A DNA stretch of 64,000 nucleotides from Batkoa obscura (Eukaryota), in the NCBI GenBank assembly GCA_030770535.1, contig JASVEC010000021.1, positions 124,001-188,000 of the forward strand, in the 5' to 3' direction. Shown here piece by piece: positions 25,683 to 38,131 of this stretch. Positions within the stretch are counted from its first letter, which is position 1; the number at the start of each line of letters is the position of its first letter. The position numbers and the translations under genes are program-made. Under the pieces are notes generated by a model. The model did no database searches, was not told the DNA's origin, and saw nothing but the letters and a program-made list of their open reading frames with translations.

Positions 25683-26327
25683 TTAAGGATTGCCACAGAT
25701 ACTAACATCTGAAACTTTAGAATTAAGGATAAGAGCAACAATGAGACCATATAAACCTAAGACTTCAGCAAAAATAAGAATCAAGATCATACCTACAAAG
25801 AGCCTTGGTTGTTGTGCAATAGCACGCACACCTGCATCACCAACAATACCAATAGCAAACCCAGCGGCTAATCCAGAAAAACCAACAGATAAACCAGCAG
25901 CAAGAATAATAAAGCCACTAAATATTATTAATAAAAACACATAAATAATTGAAACTTTAACCTACTTATAAAGTGGCATTCTTGCGTACACTAAAAAATT
26001 GATTAGATATTACAAATCATAAAATTTAAATTATGACTCACAAGAACCAGAGGACATAACAGCTACGACTAAACCATAAATAGCAATAATACCAGCCATA
26101 ACAACTGGAACAATGGCTCTGATTACCATATCAGGACGTAAAACACCCATAGCGGATAAACCAACACCTGATTTAGCAGTACCATAAGCGGCACCAAAAC
26201 CTATGTAAAACAAGAATTTAAAATCAGTTTTAAAAAAATAAAATAATAACTTACTAGTAAATATAATAGCTGAAGCTACCCCCATAGTAGCAAAGAATGG
26301 AGCATATACTGGACAATATTCAGACAT
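25683..26327 (-). CDS. VMA3: V-ATPase V0 proteolipid subunit c (4 exons)
   Basis: [53 protein letters not shown]. Confidence 0.97.
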
Positions 26328-26457
26328 TTTTTTAAAAATTAATTCTAAATTGAAATAATGAGTTTTAGTTTGATAGCTAATTAACAAGGATTAATTCCAT
26401 TACCTTTATGTTAAATCCTTAGAAAACGTAAGTTGGGGAACTACAATTTGCATGTTT

Positions 26458-26547
26458 ATTGGATAATATATTGATTGGGTTCTTTTATTGGCCAGTTTTA
26501 GTTGAAGAAACGAATTAAAATTGAGTGGCTAAAATTTATTTTATTGG
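26458..26547 (-). promoter_or_regulatory. Cluster of four CCAAT boxes upstream of VMA3
   Basis: ATTGG at 26458, 26474, 26487 and 26543; CCAAT/ATTGG also recur upstream of several other genes here. Confidence 0.4.
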
Positions 26548-27470
26548 CTTATATCCAGTCTGTAAGCTTGCCTCCTGCTACTTTTTACATTTGGCTAACT
26601 ATTATTTCATAAATTCGTGGATTTGGATTTTTGCAAAGTGAACAACACTATGATTTGATAAAAAGATAACATCTTCAATATGAAATCAGGACATTAGGTC
26701 ATTAGAGGACAAATATATGTTTGTTTAATCTGAACTTTTTGTTAACATGTTTGCTACACTTAAATAAAAAATTTAACCGCGAAATGAAAAATGAAGAGTA
26801 TTAAATGCATCAGTTCTAAGCTTCTGTTTTACTAAAGTTTTAGAAATATAGCTATTGTATCAAGATTGCCAACTTTGCATAGTTTTTTTGTTTTTATAAG
26901 CCAACCTATAAGCGATTTTAAGCAAATAATAAAATGCTGTATTGTTATAATCCGTTCCATTTTTAACAAAGAAATTTTAAAAAAAATTCTGAAAAACATA
27001 TTTTAGCGTCTAAACATCAATATAGCTCTTGTAGCTTTATTGTGACCTAGTTTGCGTTAATTTTCAGAGCTAATTATCGTTTATTAGCTGTTCATTTAGG
27101 AGTAGAATTTAATAAAGTTAACAAATTGCTAATGCTAATACCAGGCTTTAAAAAACCTAATTAAGTTGCAATAAAAATGTAATATTAAGGATATTGGCTT
27201 TTTTAATCAATTTAATTTAAATTTGATTAAATTTGCAATATTTTTTGATGTCAAATATATATTTTGTTAAGGCTATTTGTTTAGCTTGTAGCCATTCATT
27301 AACCAAAAAGCAAAAATTAGTTAAAAATGTGAAGATTTAAAATTTAGTTTAAAGTTCAAAATTAAATTAAATATTAATTTATAATTTACTATTTACTTTA
27401 AAAGCAGTCATTATTATATAATGGATTTAACTTATATTTATTTTTTTAAATCTTTATGAAATCCAGTACT

Positions 27471-27899
27471 CAGTGATTGGAGTCAATAACAACTATCACT
27501 TGGTTGACTATACTGTAAGTTGAAAGGTCCTAGTTTATGTAACTAAGATAAACTTGAATTATGGAGAATAGTATGTAATAGGCTATAGACTACGTAAGAC
27601 AAATAGAATGGACAATACTAATGCAAAATCTACATAAAATACTATTAAGAAAACTTAGTGACTTTATTAAACGTTCGAGATATCAAGGAATAATTCAATT
27701 AGAAAGCCTTGAGCTACTATACTCTGAAAAATATAAATATCAAAATGAGATGATAATATTCTTTGGGATGGAGCTAGAAATTCTCATAGTAAACTAAAAT
27801 AAAAACATGGGATTAATTGTCTTTGAACTTGAGAGCACAACAACTTAAGTGATCATTACGCTATACTCAATCATCGAGCTGACAAAGCGATATTTCACA
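27471..27899 (+). repeat. ~430-bp relic repeat, copy A
   Basis: Shares long blocks (TGTAAGTTGAAAGGTC.TAGTTTAT.TAACTAAGATAAACTTGAATTATGGAGAATAG; GAGCTGACAAAGCGATATTT) with 29256-29699. Confidence 0.85.
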
Positions 27900-27987
27900 T
27901 CTTAAATATAAGATTTAATATTTATATCTAAAGAAGTTTTTACAATTGTAACAATAACTTTATATTGTTTTTTTATAACTCTTATTA

Positions 27988-28091
27988 TATGGGGATGTTT
28001 TTTTTGAATTCATTACTTTTTTCATCTTTAAGCGCTATTTGGGTGGAAAAGTTGTTAATAAAGCTCTTAAATACAAAAACACATCCCCATA
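27988..28091 (+). mobile_element. MITE family 1 copy (perfect TIRs)
   Basis: TA|TATGGGGATGT...ACATCCCCATA|TA. Confidence 0.9.
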
Positions 28092-28584
28092 TAATTAAAT
28101 TTTTAAGCTGTTGTTTAATTTAGTTGATTATTTTTTGTAAAAAACATCAGTTTTATTTATTATTTAAATACTATCAATAATTGGGTTTTTTTATTTTGTA
28201 TTATTTAAGCAAAAAAGCTATTAATAAAACTTTTAGATAAATAAATACATTTTTAAATAATTATTTTTAAATAATGTTAAAATAATAATAATAGTAATTT
28301 AACTAATTTTATAAATTACCAGATAATATTTATTATATTTCATGTTTAACAGTGTTTAATGATTTTTTTATAACTAATTTATTAACTATTAAAAAAAATA
28401 ATCATGTTTTTAATAATATTAATAATTTAACTGCCTTATTTCAAGTTTTTTTTTATAATACTATCAACACACTTTTGCTTGATATAAATAACTTTGGTTT
28501 AATTAAAAAATCAATAATAACATTAGCTACAAAACATATAAAAACTTAGTTAAAAAAGTTATTAAAACTATAAAAGTTGGGATT

Positions 28585-28838
28585 TAGTAGTTGGAATTAG
28601 AAACAGCTTTTGCTTAATTAATTAGCTGTAAATTAAAGAGTCTTAGTTTATATAATTAAAGTAGATTTAAATTAATAAAAATAGTACATAATAAGCTACA
28701 GACTATGTAAAACAAATAGAATAGAAGATATTATTATAAAATTTATATGAAGTACTGTTAAAAAAACTTAATAGCTTTATTAAAAGTATAATATTAGAAA
28801 GCAATTCAATAAAAGAGCTTTAAGTTATTATATTAAAA
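28585..28838 (+). repeat. Relic repeat copy B (truncated, strongly AT-shifted)
   Basis: Colinear with the first ~250 nt of copies A and C, differing mostly by G>A and C>T. Confidence 0.75.
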
Positions 28839-28942
28839 CAATTATAGTTTAATTAAGTGGCTGTATATAAAAAATATTATAATAATTATCTTTTATTATA
28901 ATTATTAAATATAATTACTAAAATAAAAAACTTTAAACTAAT

Positions 28943-29047
28943 TATAGTGGATGTTTTTTTGGCTTCATTACTTTTTCCATCTTCCAAGCATTATTTGAGT
29001 GGAAAAATTGTTAGTAAAATTGTTAGACACAAAAATACATCCCTTTA
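28943..29047 (+). mobile_element. MITE family 1 copy
   Basis: GGATGTTTTTTTGGCTTCATTACTTTTTCC...AAAAATACATCCC. Confidence 0.85.
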
Positions 29048-29255
29048 TGTTACATTGATTATTTAAAGTATTTGTAAAAATAACTATAACTTATTATGTT
29101 TTTTGTACATGGTCCCTTAATACAGAATATGAAAAAAGTTTTTAATATAGTAATTTTAAAATTGTTTTTTAATAAGGCTATTTAAATTTTCTATAAGTTT
29201 TTTATATAAACTATATAATTATATTTTTTGTTCTATTAGTATAAAATTTGGCATT

Positions 29256-29699
29256 CAGTGGTTCGGGTTAAAAGCAACTTTTACTTGATTAACTAATTGT
29301 AAGTTGAAAGGTCTTAGTTTATATAACTAAGATAAACTTGAATTATGGAGAATAGCACATAGTATGCTACGGACTATGTAAGATAAATAAAGTAGACAAT
29401 ACTACTGTAAAATCTATATAAAATATTATCATAAAGGTCTAGTGGATTTATTAAAGGTACAGCATCAGGAGACAATTCAATAAAAAAGCCTCGAATTGTT
29501 GTGTTCTAAAATCCCTTTTACACTCCAACAAGTATGGATATCAAAATAAGAAGATAATATTTTTTGTGATATGAGGTTAGAAATTCTCGCAGCAAATCAA
29601 AATAAAGAGCTTTAAATCAATTGTGCCTGAACTCGAGAACATGACAAGTGATTATTATGTTATAATCAACCATGGAGCTGACAAAGCGATATTTTACAA
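29256..29699 (+). repeat. ~440-bp relic repeat, copy C
   Basis: Direct repeat of 27471-27899. Confidence 0.85.
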
Positions 29700-30809
29700 T
29701 ATAAAACTAATATTAAAAACATAGTTTTTTTAATAAGTTCAAATTATATTCTATAATCGTATTTAACTTTTAATTAAATAATCTTAAATTATTATTTCTT
29801 TATTTTATATATTAAATAAATAGTATTTAGCTGCTATAATAATATTTATTTTAAAAATTGTTTATAGAAAATCTGTATTATTTAAGTTTTCATATTGAGA
29901 TATTAAAGTATAAGATTTCTAAATTATATGACATAATTTTTATTATTTTAATATGAGCAATATAGCCAAGTTATAACATATTAATTCAAAATAAATTACA
30001 GTATCTTTAAACTTGTACTAAGCTTTAAAAATATTGTTTTATATTATAGCTTTCTAGTATAAGGTTTATAAAATAATCAGTTCTTTATTATTCATGATTG
30101 GAAAATAAAATTAATTTATAATAAAAATAAAATTGAAAATTTTCATACCCAGAAACGATTCTTTATTAGAAATTTTAAAAAGTAAAACTATTGTTACAGT
30201 CTATAACCTATTTTTTGTATAAGTCAAAAAAGTCATATTACTTTAAATTATCTTATATTTTTATCTACATTTGTTCACTTTTCAAGCATAAATTTTATGT
30301 AAAAACATGCCATATATTAATTTATCAAATGTCCGAAAGTAGGCTTTAGGCTATTTTATAAATCAGAGAATGTGATATAAAAAAGTATTTATCGTACAAG
30401 TCCTTATTTAATAATAGCTAGAAATAAATAACTTTTTAACAATTTTTGATTGTACGTTTATAAAAAGCATGTGTATCCACATCTACAGTCTACAGACAAT
30501 GAGTACCCATTTCTTATTAAAGGACAATATGGCAAAACACATACTACTATTTCATAGATTAAAAATTTGATCCTAATATTAATTAGTTAAATGTAGAATA
30601 GGCTATTTTACATCTCAGGATGACTCTTTGGGTAAAGGTAATTGAACAGAATTGAACCTAGCCAATAAAATTCATTAAAAAAACCATCTACGCAAGCATA
30701 AAAAATTAGGGATAAAATCGAAACAGTTTATCTCTATAATAAATTAATTTATTATATTATTAAAAAAAAACAAATACTGCCTCCTATTTCAACTACTTAC
30801 CATTCATAA

Positions 30810-32129
30810 ATGTCATCTCAAAAAGTTGAAGTACCAAAAGTACAAACCCAACGTAAAGTGCTTATTTTGATTGTTCTTTAATTAACTTTAACTTTTAGAA
30901 AAACCACTACCATTTCATTTCCAGTTTGCTGCTGGTGCCGTGGCTGGAGTTTCTGAAATTTTAGTCATGTATCCTTTGGATGGTAAAAAACTTAATTGAT
31001 ATAATGTATTTATTAAACAATGAAAAGTGGTAAAAACTCGTTTCCAGTTACAAGTTAAAGGAGCGGCGGATAATTATACTTCGATAGCTGATTGCTTTAG
31101 AAAGATAATTAAGAACGAAGGGTAAATTTAATTTAATTTGGTTTTACAGTTAATAATAAGTATATAGTTTCTCTAAACTTTATCGTGGTATTTTACCACC
31201 AATTTTCGTGGAAGCTCCAAAGCGTGCTATTAAGTTTGCTGCCTTTGAGCAATTTTCAGTGTTCTACAGAAATTTATTCAACATTGAAAAGTTGACTCAG
31301 CCACTTTCAATTCTTACTGGTGCTTCCGCTGGTGCTTCAGAAGCTTTTATTGTTGTATCTTTTGATTTAGTTAAAATTCGTTTACAAGATAAAAATAATG
31401 TATGGAAACATAAAATACTGTTATAAGAGCTAACATATAAATAATAGGCTGGAAAATATAACGGAACAGTAGATTGTATTAAAAAGATCCTTAAGGAAGA
31501 AGGTATAAATTTAGATTAAATCATTTTCAGCTGCTATAATATATTAGGACCATTCGCCTTCTTTAAAGGTTTAGAATCTACCATTTATCGCCATGCTTTC
31601 TGGAGTGGTGGGTATTTTGGTGTAATTCATGGTGTTCGTGCAGCCTTACCAGAAGCAGAAGTAAGGTTATTTCATATTTAAGTTTCCATTAACTATTATT
31701 TAGACTAAACAAGGTGAATTGGCACGTAATTTTGTTGCTGGTGCGATTGGTGGGACTTTTGGTACTGCAATCAATACTCCATTTGATGTGGTGAAAACAC
31801 GTATTCAAAATGATACTGCGGTTGTCAGAAAGTATAATTGGGCTTTCCCAGCTTTAGGCACAGTTATAAAAGAGGAAGGGTAATGATATTTTATTAGTAG
31901 TCAAAATTTTAAGTCAATCATTAAATTTATGCAAAACATTTATTGTATCAAAGCTATAATGTCCAATAACCCATTTTGCTAAGTTGTTTATCTAAGACTT
32001 ATATTATATAGATTCACTGCACTCTACAAAGGGTTTGTTCCAAAGGTGTTACGTTTAGGACCAGGGGGTGGTATATTGTTAGTCGTTTTCGATACTGTTT
32101 CTAATTACCTTAGAAAACATTATATGTAA
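30810..32129 (+). CDS. ODC1: Mitochondrial 2-oxodicarboxylate carrier (Odc1/Odc2-like, multi-exon)
   Basis: KPLPFHFQFAAGAVAGVSEILVMYPLDVVKTRFQLQ, EAPKRAIKFA, NTPFDVVKTRIQ, KVLRLGPGGGILLVVFD. Confidence 0.92.
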
Positions 32130-32177
32130 CTCCAAATATTTTATTAAAATAAAAATATAAACAAAGATGTTTTTCGC

Positions 32178-33433
32178 TTATTTATTAAACGTTATTTGAC
32201 TTTCTCGTATTTTTTTGTAATAGTCTATGTCACATAAGTCTTTAAATAAGCAGCCACAACCAGGTTCATTTTGGATTTTACGGAATGTTAAAGAGAGGCG
32301 TTCTTTCCTTTCCATCAATTGACCATCTGGTAAGGGGTCTGATTTTCTAAGCTTTATAGAGTGCTCCCAACCATACCTTGATTCTCCGCCTATAATAACT
32401 AATGAACGTGGTTTTAAAAGTCGATGGCCAACTTCACCAGTGCTAGGTTTACGGAACTCCATAACAATTTGATTCTTTAAGCTGATAATTAATATAGTAT
32501 TATGAAAAGCTGTATGTGAGTCACAATGTGGCGGTATACCAGATCCCACTGGATAAGAAGAAATTGTTAATTGATCCATTGTATGGTATTGTGGATATGC
32601 TTTATAAAAACGATGAAGAGCAGGGACTACAAAATTTGGAAATGGATCCATTTTTAAACCAACATGCTTGATTTTATAACTAAATTCATAGCCAAAATGT
32701 TTCTAAGAAGAATAAACAAAGCTTAATATTATACAACTAGACTTACCACATGCCTACCCTTTACTATTCCCCATCCTTCATAACTTTCTATGGCAGAAAG
32801 CATTTCATTTTCTTCCTCTAGGGTAATGAACTCATCATGATATACTAAACCTGGGACATGATAGTTAAAATCTATTATTTCATTTATTACTATTTGATCC
32901 GGGTAAAATCCTGCGTATAATACTCGATCTTCAAGGTCAGCGCATGGCTTATAATGGATTAATTCTAATGCATTTATTGCGTCTTCTACTGTATTGAATT
33001 GTACAAAAGAGAAGGGCTAAAATAAATAATTAGTAATCAGCTCAACATCAATAAAAAAACAGCAAATGTATTTGTTCATTAGATTTAACTAATTTTTTTA
33101 AATAGATTTAAAATTATGTAAAATTCCCATTAATTTTAACCTTTTCTTTTAACTGAAGCTGAACATTACCATACCAATAGGCATCTCAACATTTTTGAAG
33201 CCATTGAATTTTCGTAACGCCGAATTTACAGCCTCTGGTGAAATACCACCAACGCCACCAAATCCAAGATTAGCAATACATATCGTAGTCGTTGGTGTTT
33301 CTGAAAACAAATTACTATAATCATCTTTAACATCATCTTTTTTTAGCAATTTCACCAACGTTTTGTATGCTTGTTTCCGGCGCTTTTCTAATATATAATA
33401 TCCCTTTGTTTCCCTTTTATTTGGCCTTCCCAT
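32178..33433 (-). CDS. ALKBH8: ALKBH8-like tRNA 2OG-Fe(II) dioxygenase: RRM + AlkB + Zn finger, no methyltransferase domain (3 exons)
   Basis: RRM split by intron 33017-33169; HFGYEF, DQLT..YP.GSGIPPHCDSH, RYGWEHSI, RLSLTFRK, CGCLFKDLCD. Confidence 0.85.
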
Positions 33434-33923
33434 TATTTCCTTTGTTTTTGAAATTTAAAAAAACGAGATTTTTCGTTTCCAGAGAGCCAATAAAAAATAT
33501 TTGAAACTATTATTATTCTTTAAATTATCATAGTTATACTTAAAGACACTATTTAAATTTTAATTACTGGCTATATAAAAACACAAAGTATGGTAATGAA
33601 TAACCTAATAGTAGCAGGTAGTTTTTAAAAAGAGTCTTAATTATTTTATTTGTGATGATATGTGAAAAATAATCATATTTAAATGTATACCAAACGATTA
33701 TTATTTATGAATAACAAGTTAAAAATGAATAACAAATGTTTATACTAATTTATATAAAGACCAAGTGAAATTCTAACCATTGAATTAACACTTGTAAATC
33801 CTACTATTTTATAAATTAAAATTACTCAAATTAAATAAATCTAAATAACAATTAATAGTAATATATTCAATAAAAATTTTTATAAAGATTTGTTAACTTC
33901 ATTAAAAAGTAAAACTCATTTCC

Positions 33924-34257
33924 TTATTCCTCAGTTTCTTTAGAAGCGCTTTGTGAGGCTTCCTTTTCATTTTTATAAATCAAACTTGGGTATTTGTATA
34001 ATGACATGCCACGAGTTTTTCCTTGAACATCAAAAACATTCTATCAGAAAATAACTAGTTAAATAAATTACATTATATAAATTCCACTAACTTACATCAT
34101 ATCGTTTGCAGACCCAATAGATACCTGCAGGTATACCGATACCAAATACTAAGGCATATCTTACCATACGTGGTGTCCAATAAGAATGTTCATGGATTGT
34201 TTCACGTAAGGAATTGAATTTTTCAATAGCTGGATCAAGTTTAATTGTGTTACCCAT
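33924..34257 (-). CDS. Complex I accessory subunit NDUFB4/B15-like (2 exons, not in ORF track)
   Basis: MGNTIKLDPAIEKFNSLRETIHEHSYWTPR..ALVFGIGIP..: DPA..RE..WTPR plus one TM helix, typical of fungal B15. Confidence 0.75.
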
Positions 34258-34651
34258 TTTGTAGCTTTCTAAAGATTAATCGAACTTTTTTTTAGCTTAG
34301 ATAATTGTATGGATAAATTAAGTTTTCGTTTTATTGGCCAATTAATCACTAATCTAATCTAAGATAAAAATCTCACTGTTTTTATGGGATTTATAATTAT
34401 CTGTAAGGGTTATAGGACTTAGTTGTATTATTTGCCATATTGTTGTTATGTTTGTATATATGTATCATAGATACAAAATCAAGCTTTAAAATATTCATAA
34501 AAAATGTAGCAAAACACATTCTAATAATAAGTACCTTTATATTGAATATTATAAATTTTATAATTATCAAAACTTATCTAAGTTGATTTAATTGGATAAA
34601 TAAATTTAACATTTTTATAAAAATAAAATAAACCATTTTATTATATTTAAC

Positions 34652-35311
34652 ATGAATCGCATCCTTGTTCAAAACGTCTCAAAAGGTTCTATCAAAATAA
34701 AAGCTAAATTACAGCTACCAGCCTTAATAAATAGCATAGTGCTAACAAGAAGCCTACATGTTACTAGCATATTAAAGCAAAAAAAGTTAGAGCCATTCAA
34801 AGATGAAAAGTATGAGTTGATATACGTTGGACCATTAAGTAAAACAGCTAAATATTTGAAGCTGTTTTCTATTAGTTCATTAATTTTAACATTTTCCTTA
34901 TCCCCTTTAATCTTTGTTATTGATGGTGGTTTATCCCCTATGGTTCGCTCCATTTTATTTGGCGGTGCCATCTTAACTTCTGGGCTATCAACAGCATTGA
35001 TTCATTGGTGTATTCATCCTTATCTTACCAGAGCTTGGGTCAATAAGCAAACTCTTGAAAAAGGAGAACTTATTGGAAATACACAACTTTTATTCGAAAA
35101 TATTACTATAATGGGGAAGTTCAACTATAATTTAATTGAGGCTGGAAAACTAGGAAGCAACTCAAGACTTTTTACAACCCATAAATCAAACGGTCATCTT
35201 TATTATATCCACCCCGAAATTGCAGAATCAAATCAAACCATGAGTCAGTTACTAAATCTTTCGTCTGGAAAATTAGAAGCTTTAAAGTATTCACAAAATC
35301 AATTAAAATAA
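34652..35311 (+). CDS. TMEM70/TMEM186/TMEM223-family mitochondrial assembly factor
   Basis: Presequence, LIYVGPLSKTAKYLKLFSISS, two TM helices, STALIHW..HPY, YYIHPE. Confidence 0.8.
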   Translation: MNRILVQNVSKGSIKIKAKLQLPALINSIVLTRSLHVTSILKQKKLEPFKDEKYELIYVGPLSKTAKYLKLFSISSLILTFSLSPLIFVIDGGLSPMVRSILFGGAILTSGLSTALIHWCIHPYLTRAWVNKQTLEKGELIGNTQLLFENITIMGKFNYNLIEAGKLGSNSRLFTTHKSNGHLYYIHPEIAESNQTMSQLLNLSSGKLEALKYSQNQLK

Positions 35312-35648
35312 AAGTAGAATTTAATAGTGAATTATTTTATTTAAATTATCTTATTTAAATTATTTAAGTATTATTCGAAATAGATTGTAGTTGTTTAATT
35401 TTTGTACATCCTTTTTTGTAGAATATTTTGCTTTATAACTAATATAAAATATAGCAATGATCTGAAAATTTGTTTTTGAATAATGGTATTAATAAGCTTT
35501 CAAAATACGTAACAGAAAGAAATCAAATAAAAAATCAACCAGTACAAAATCAAAAATAATATAAAATATCCTTTTAAATTAAATTACATCTGTTCTAATG
35601 CATTGACATTACTTTATATTGATAAAACCAAAAAACCTAGTTAAATCT

Positions 35649-36061
35649 TTAATGATGTTTAACATTCTTATGGTGAGCTATAAAAATTTATATAAATATC
35701 AACTATAAAAACAAAAATAAGTAATCTTACATAAATGGTTAACGTATTCCATGTAATAACCAAGGATGAAAAGAGTGGCAATGAAATGAACGATTGGGGT
35801 AGCGGAAGCATTTTCGCCTTCGAAATAACGTTGGCGGTACCATTCAAGGGGACCTGAGGCTTTTGAGTTATTTTTTGGGGCTGGACCCTTTGGAAGTTGA
35901 CGGTAAATGTAAACTAAATCGTCAACGTTAGTGGCTTCAGCACCAGTAGCTTGGGCAGCTGGGCTAGCAACGGTTTTACCGGCAAGATTTGGTGGAATGT
36001 AACTACGGGTAGCTAAACCACGTCTAGCTACGCGGGTGATCATACGGCTGACTGGAAACAT
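35649..36061 (-). CDS. ATP17: Mitochondrial ATP synthase subunit f (2 exons)
   Basis: IPPNL, YRQLPKGPAP, YRQRYFEGENASATPIVH, GYYMEY..HL|AHHK. Confidence 0.93.
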
Positions 36062-36363
36062 ATTTAATTCAATCAATTATGAAAGTTGAGTGTTAAAAAA
36101 GATAATATAAATTAATACGGTATGACTTGTTGACCAATCAAATGCTGCTATTTAGTTACTTGTCACTCATTTTTAACTTAAATTTTAGTATTTGATTTGA
36201 TAAACCTTTATAAATATCCTAACTTTGATCCATGGTCGATGGGATTTCTTGGTGATGAGAGACAACCAATGAAAAGAAACAATTTGGTTAATAAATTTAG
36301 TCAAACTAAGTTCCATTAAATCAGATAACGAATAATTCGATGATGTAACAATTTCTTTATAAA

Positions 36364-37303
36364 ATGAGCAAAGAAATAGTAAAAGTATTAACAATAGCAG
36401 GCTCCGATAGCGGAGGTGGTGCTGGAATACAAGCAGACCTAAAAACATATACGAGCTTAAAAGTATATGGAGTAAGTGTGATTACTGCTCTAACAGCCCA
36501 AAATACTTTAGGAGTCACTGATATTATGGAAGTACCTTGTGATTTTATTGAAAAGCAGTTTGATACGGTATTGAGTGATATACCTATATCGGTTGCAAAG
36601 ATTGGTAAATAGGTTTCTTGATTTGATTGTATCTTATTTAAATATTTTTCAAGGTATGTTAAGCTCAAAAGAGGTTATTCTAACAGTCTCAAATAAGCTT
36701 AAAAAGTATAATATTAAAAAAATAGTTTTGGACCCAGTAATGGTTTCAACAAGTGGATCCAAATTACTAAGAGAGGATTCTATAGCAACATTGATCCAAA
36801 CCTTAATTCCGCAATCTTATTTAATAACACCAAACTTAGATGAAGCAAAACTATTGACATCACTTGACATAAGTTCAATAGAAAGCATGGAACAATGCTG
36901 TAAAAAGTTATATGAAATGGGTCCAAAATATGTCTTATTAAAAGGGGGCCATTTGCCTTTAGATAAAGAATTAAAACATTGTGCGATTGAAAACTCTGAA
37001 ATAATTATTGATTTGTTTTATGATGGTAAAGAGTTTACGAGGATAGAGCATCCGTATATTCATACCCAAAATACACATGGATCTGGATGTACTTTATCTT
37101 CAGCTATTTCCTCCTATCTTTCTCATGGCTATAATGGTAATTTAATTATTTTGTTTTTAGTATAAGTTGACTTAACACTATTTTTAGTTTTAGAAGCGGT
37201 TAAAAAAGGAATTAGCTTTACACATAATGGTATAAAAGAAAGCTTCTCAGTCGGAAAAGGAGCAGGACCGTTGAACCATTTTCATTCTAAGATCGATATA
37301 TAA
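36364..37303 (+). CDS. Hydroxymethylpyrimidine/phosphomethylpyrimidine kinase, ThiD domain only (3 exons)
   Basis: [74 protein letters not shown]. Confidence 0.93.
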
Positions 37304-37452
37304 TAAATATTTGAAATATTCCATGTTATATTAATAGCTTTTTTTATATTATAACTCTTAGTATTTTTGATTTTTGAAATTGCATTTTTCTTAACCACAA
37401 ATTATTTTCCCATAATTTTTTTAATTTTTCGAAAATTTGTTTTTAATTTAGA

Positions 37453-38131
37453 ATGTTTAAATCAGTCCAGAAATTACTTACATTAAGCGGTGTAAGAAGT
37501 CTCAGCACAGGCAGAATTATATCGAAAGCATATACAGCTGGTAATTTCAGATGAACAATATATACAAATACCTAATACCATACCCTTCTATTTTTAGACG
37601 CACAAGAAGGAACCTTTGATTTGAGTCGTAAATTTGAGGAGCATGAAGTAGATTAAAGGTTTATTTAAATTGATAATTCTAACCAAGTTTTAGGTATACC
37701 AACCACGCGATTTAAATGAGCAAAACTTTTCAAGATATAAAGAACAACAAAGCCATAAACCTAAAAAAGATCTATTTCAACTTAATAATGCTAATCCAAT
37801 GAAAGAATATAAAGTAATTTGTTTTTAAATTAATTATTAGTTTGAAATTTATTTCATATCGATAGAATACCGATCTATTAAGCTACTATGTAACTGGACT
37901 TGGTAAAATTATGCCAATTAAGCAAACTGGTAATTGCTTTAATGGCTCCAAATATTAAGTTTTATAACATATTATTTAGGATTATCGAGAGTAAATCAAC
38001 GTAAATTATCAAGGGCTATTAAAAGAGCCAGAGCTATGGGTAATATTTTTAATGACCTTGTTTAGAGTAATAATAATCACATTTATTTAGGCTTCATTCC
38101 TTATACTTATAAGATTGATAACATTTATTAG
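37453..38131 (+). CDS. RSM18: Mitochondrial ribosomal protein bS18m (multi-exon, not in ORF track)
   Basis: NPMKEYKNTDLLSYYVTGLGKIMPIKQTGLSRVNQRKLSRAIKRARAMGFIPY. Confidence 0.9.

Noticed and set aside
36080..36363. TPP riboswitch upstream of or within the thiamine kinase gene
   Set aside because: No CTGAGA plus GAAC(C/T)TGATC..GTAATGCC..CG core found in the leader or the two short introns.
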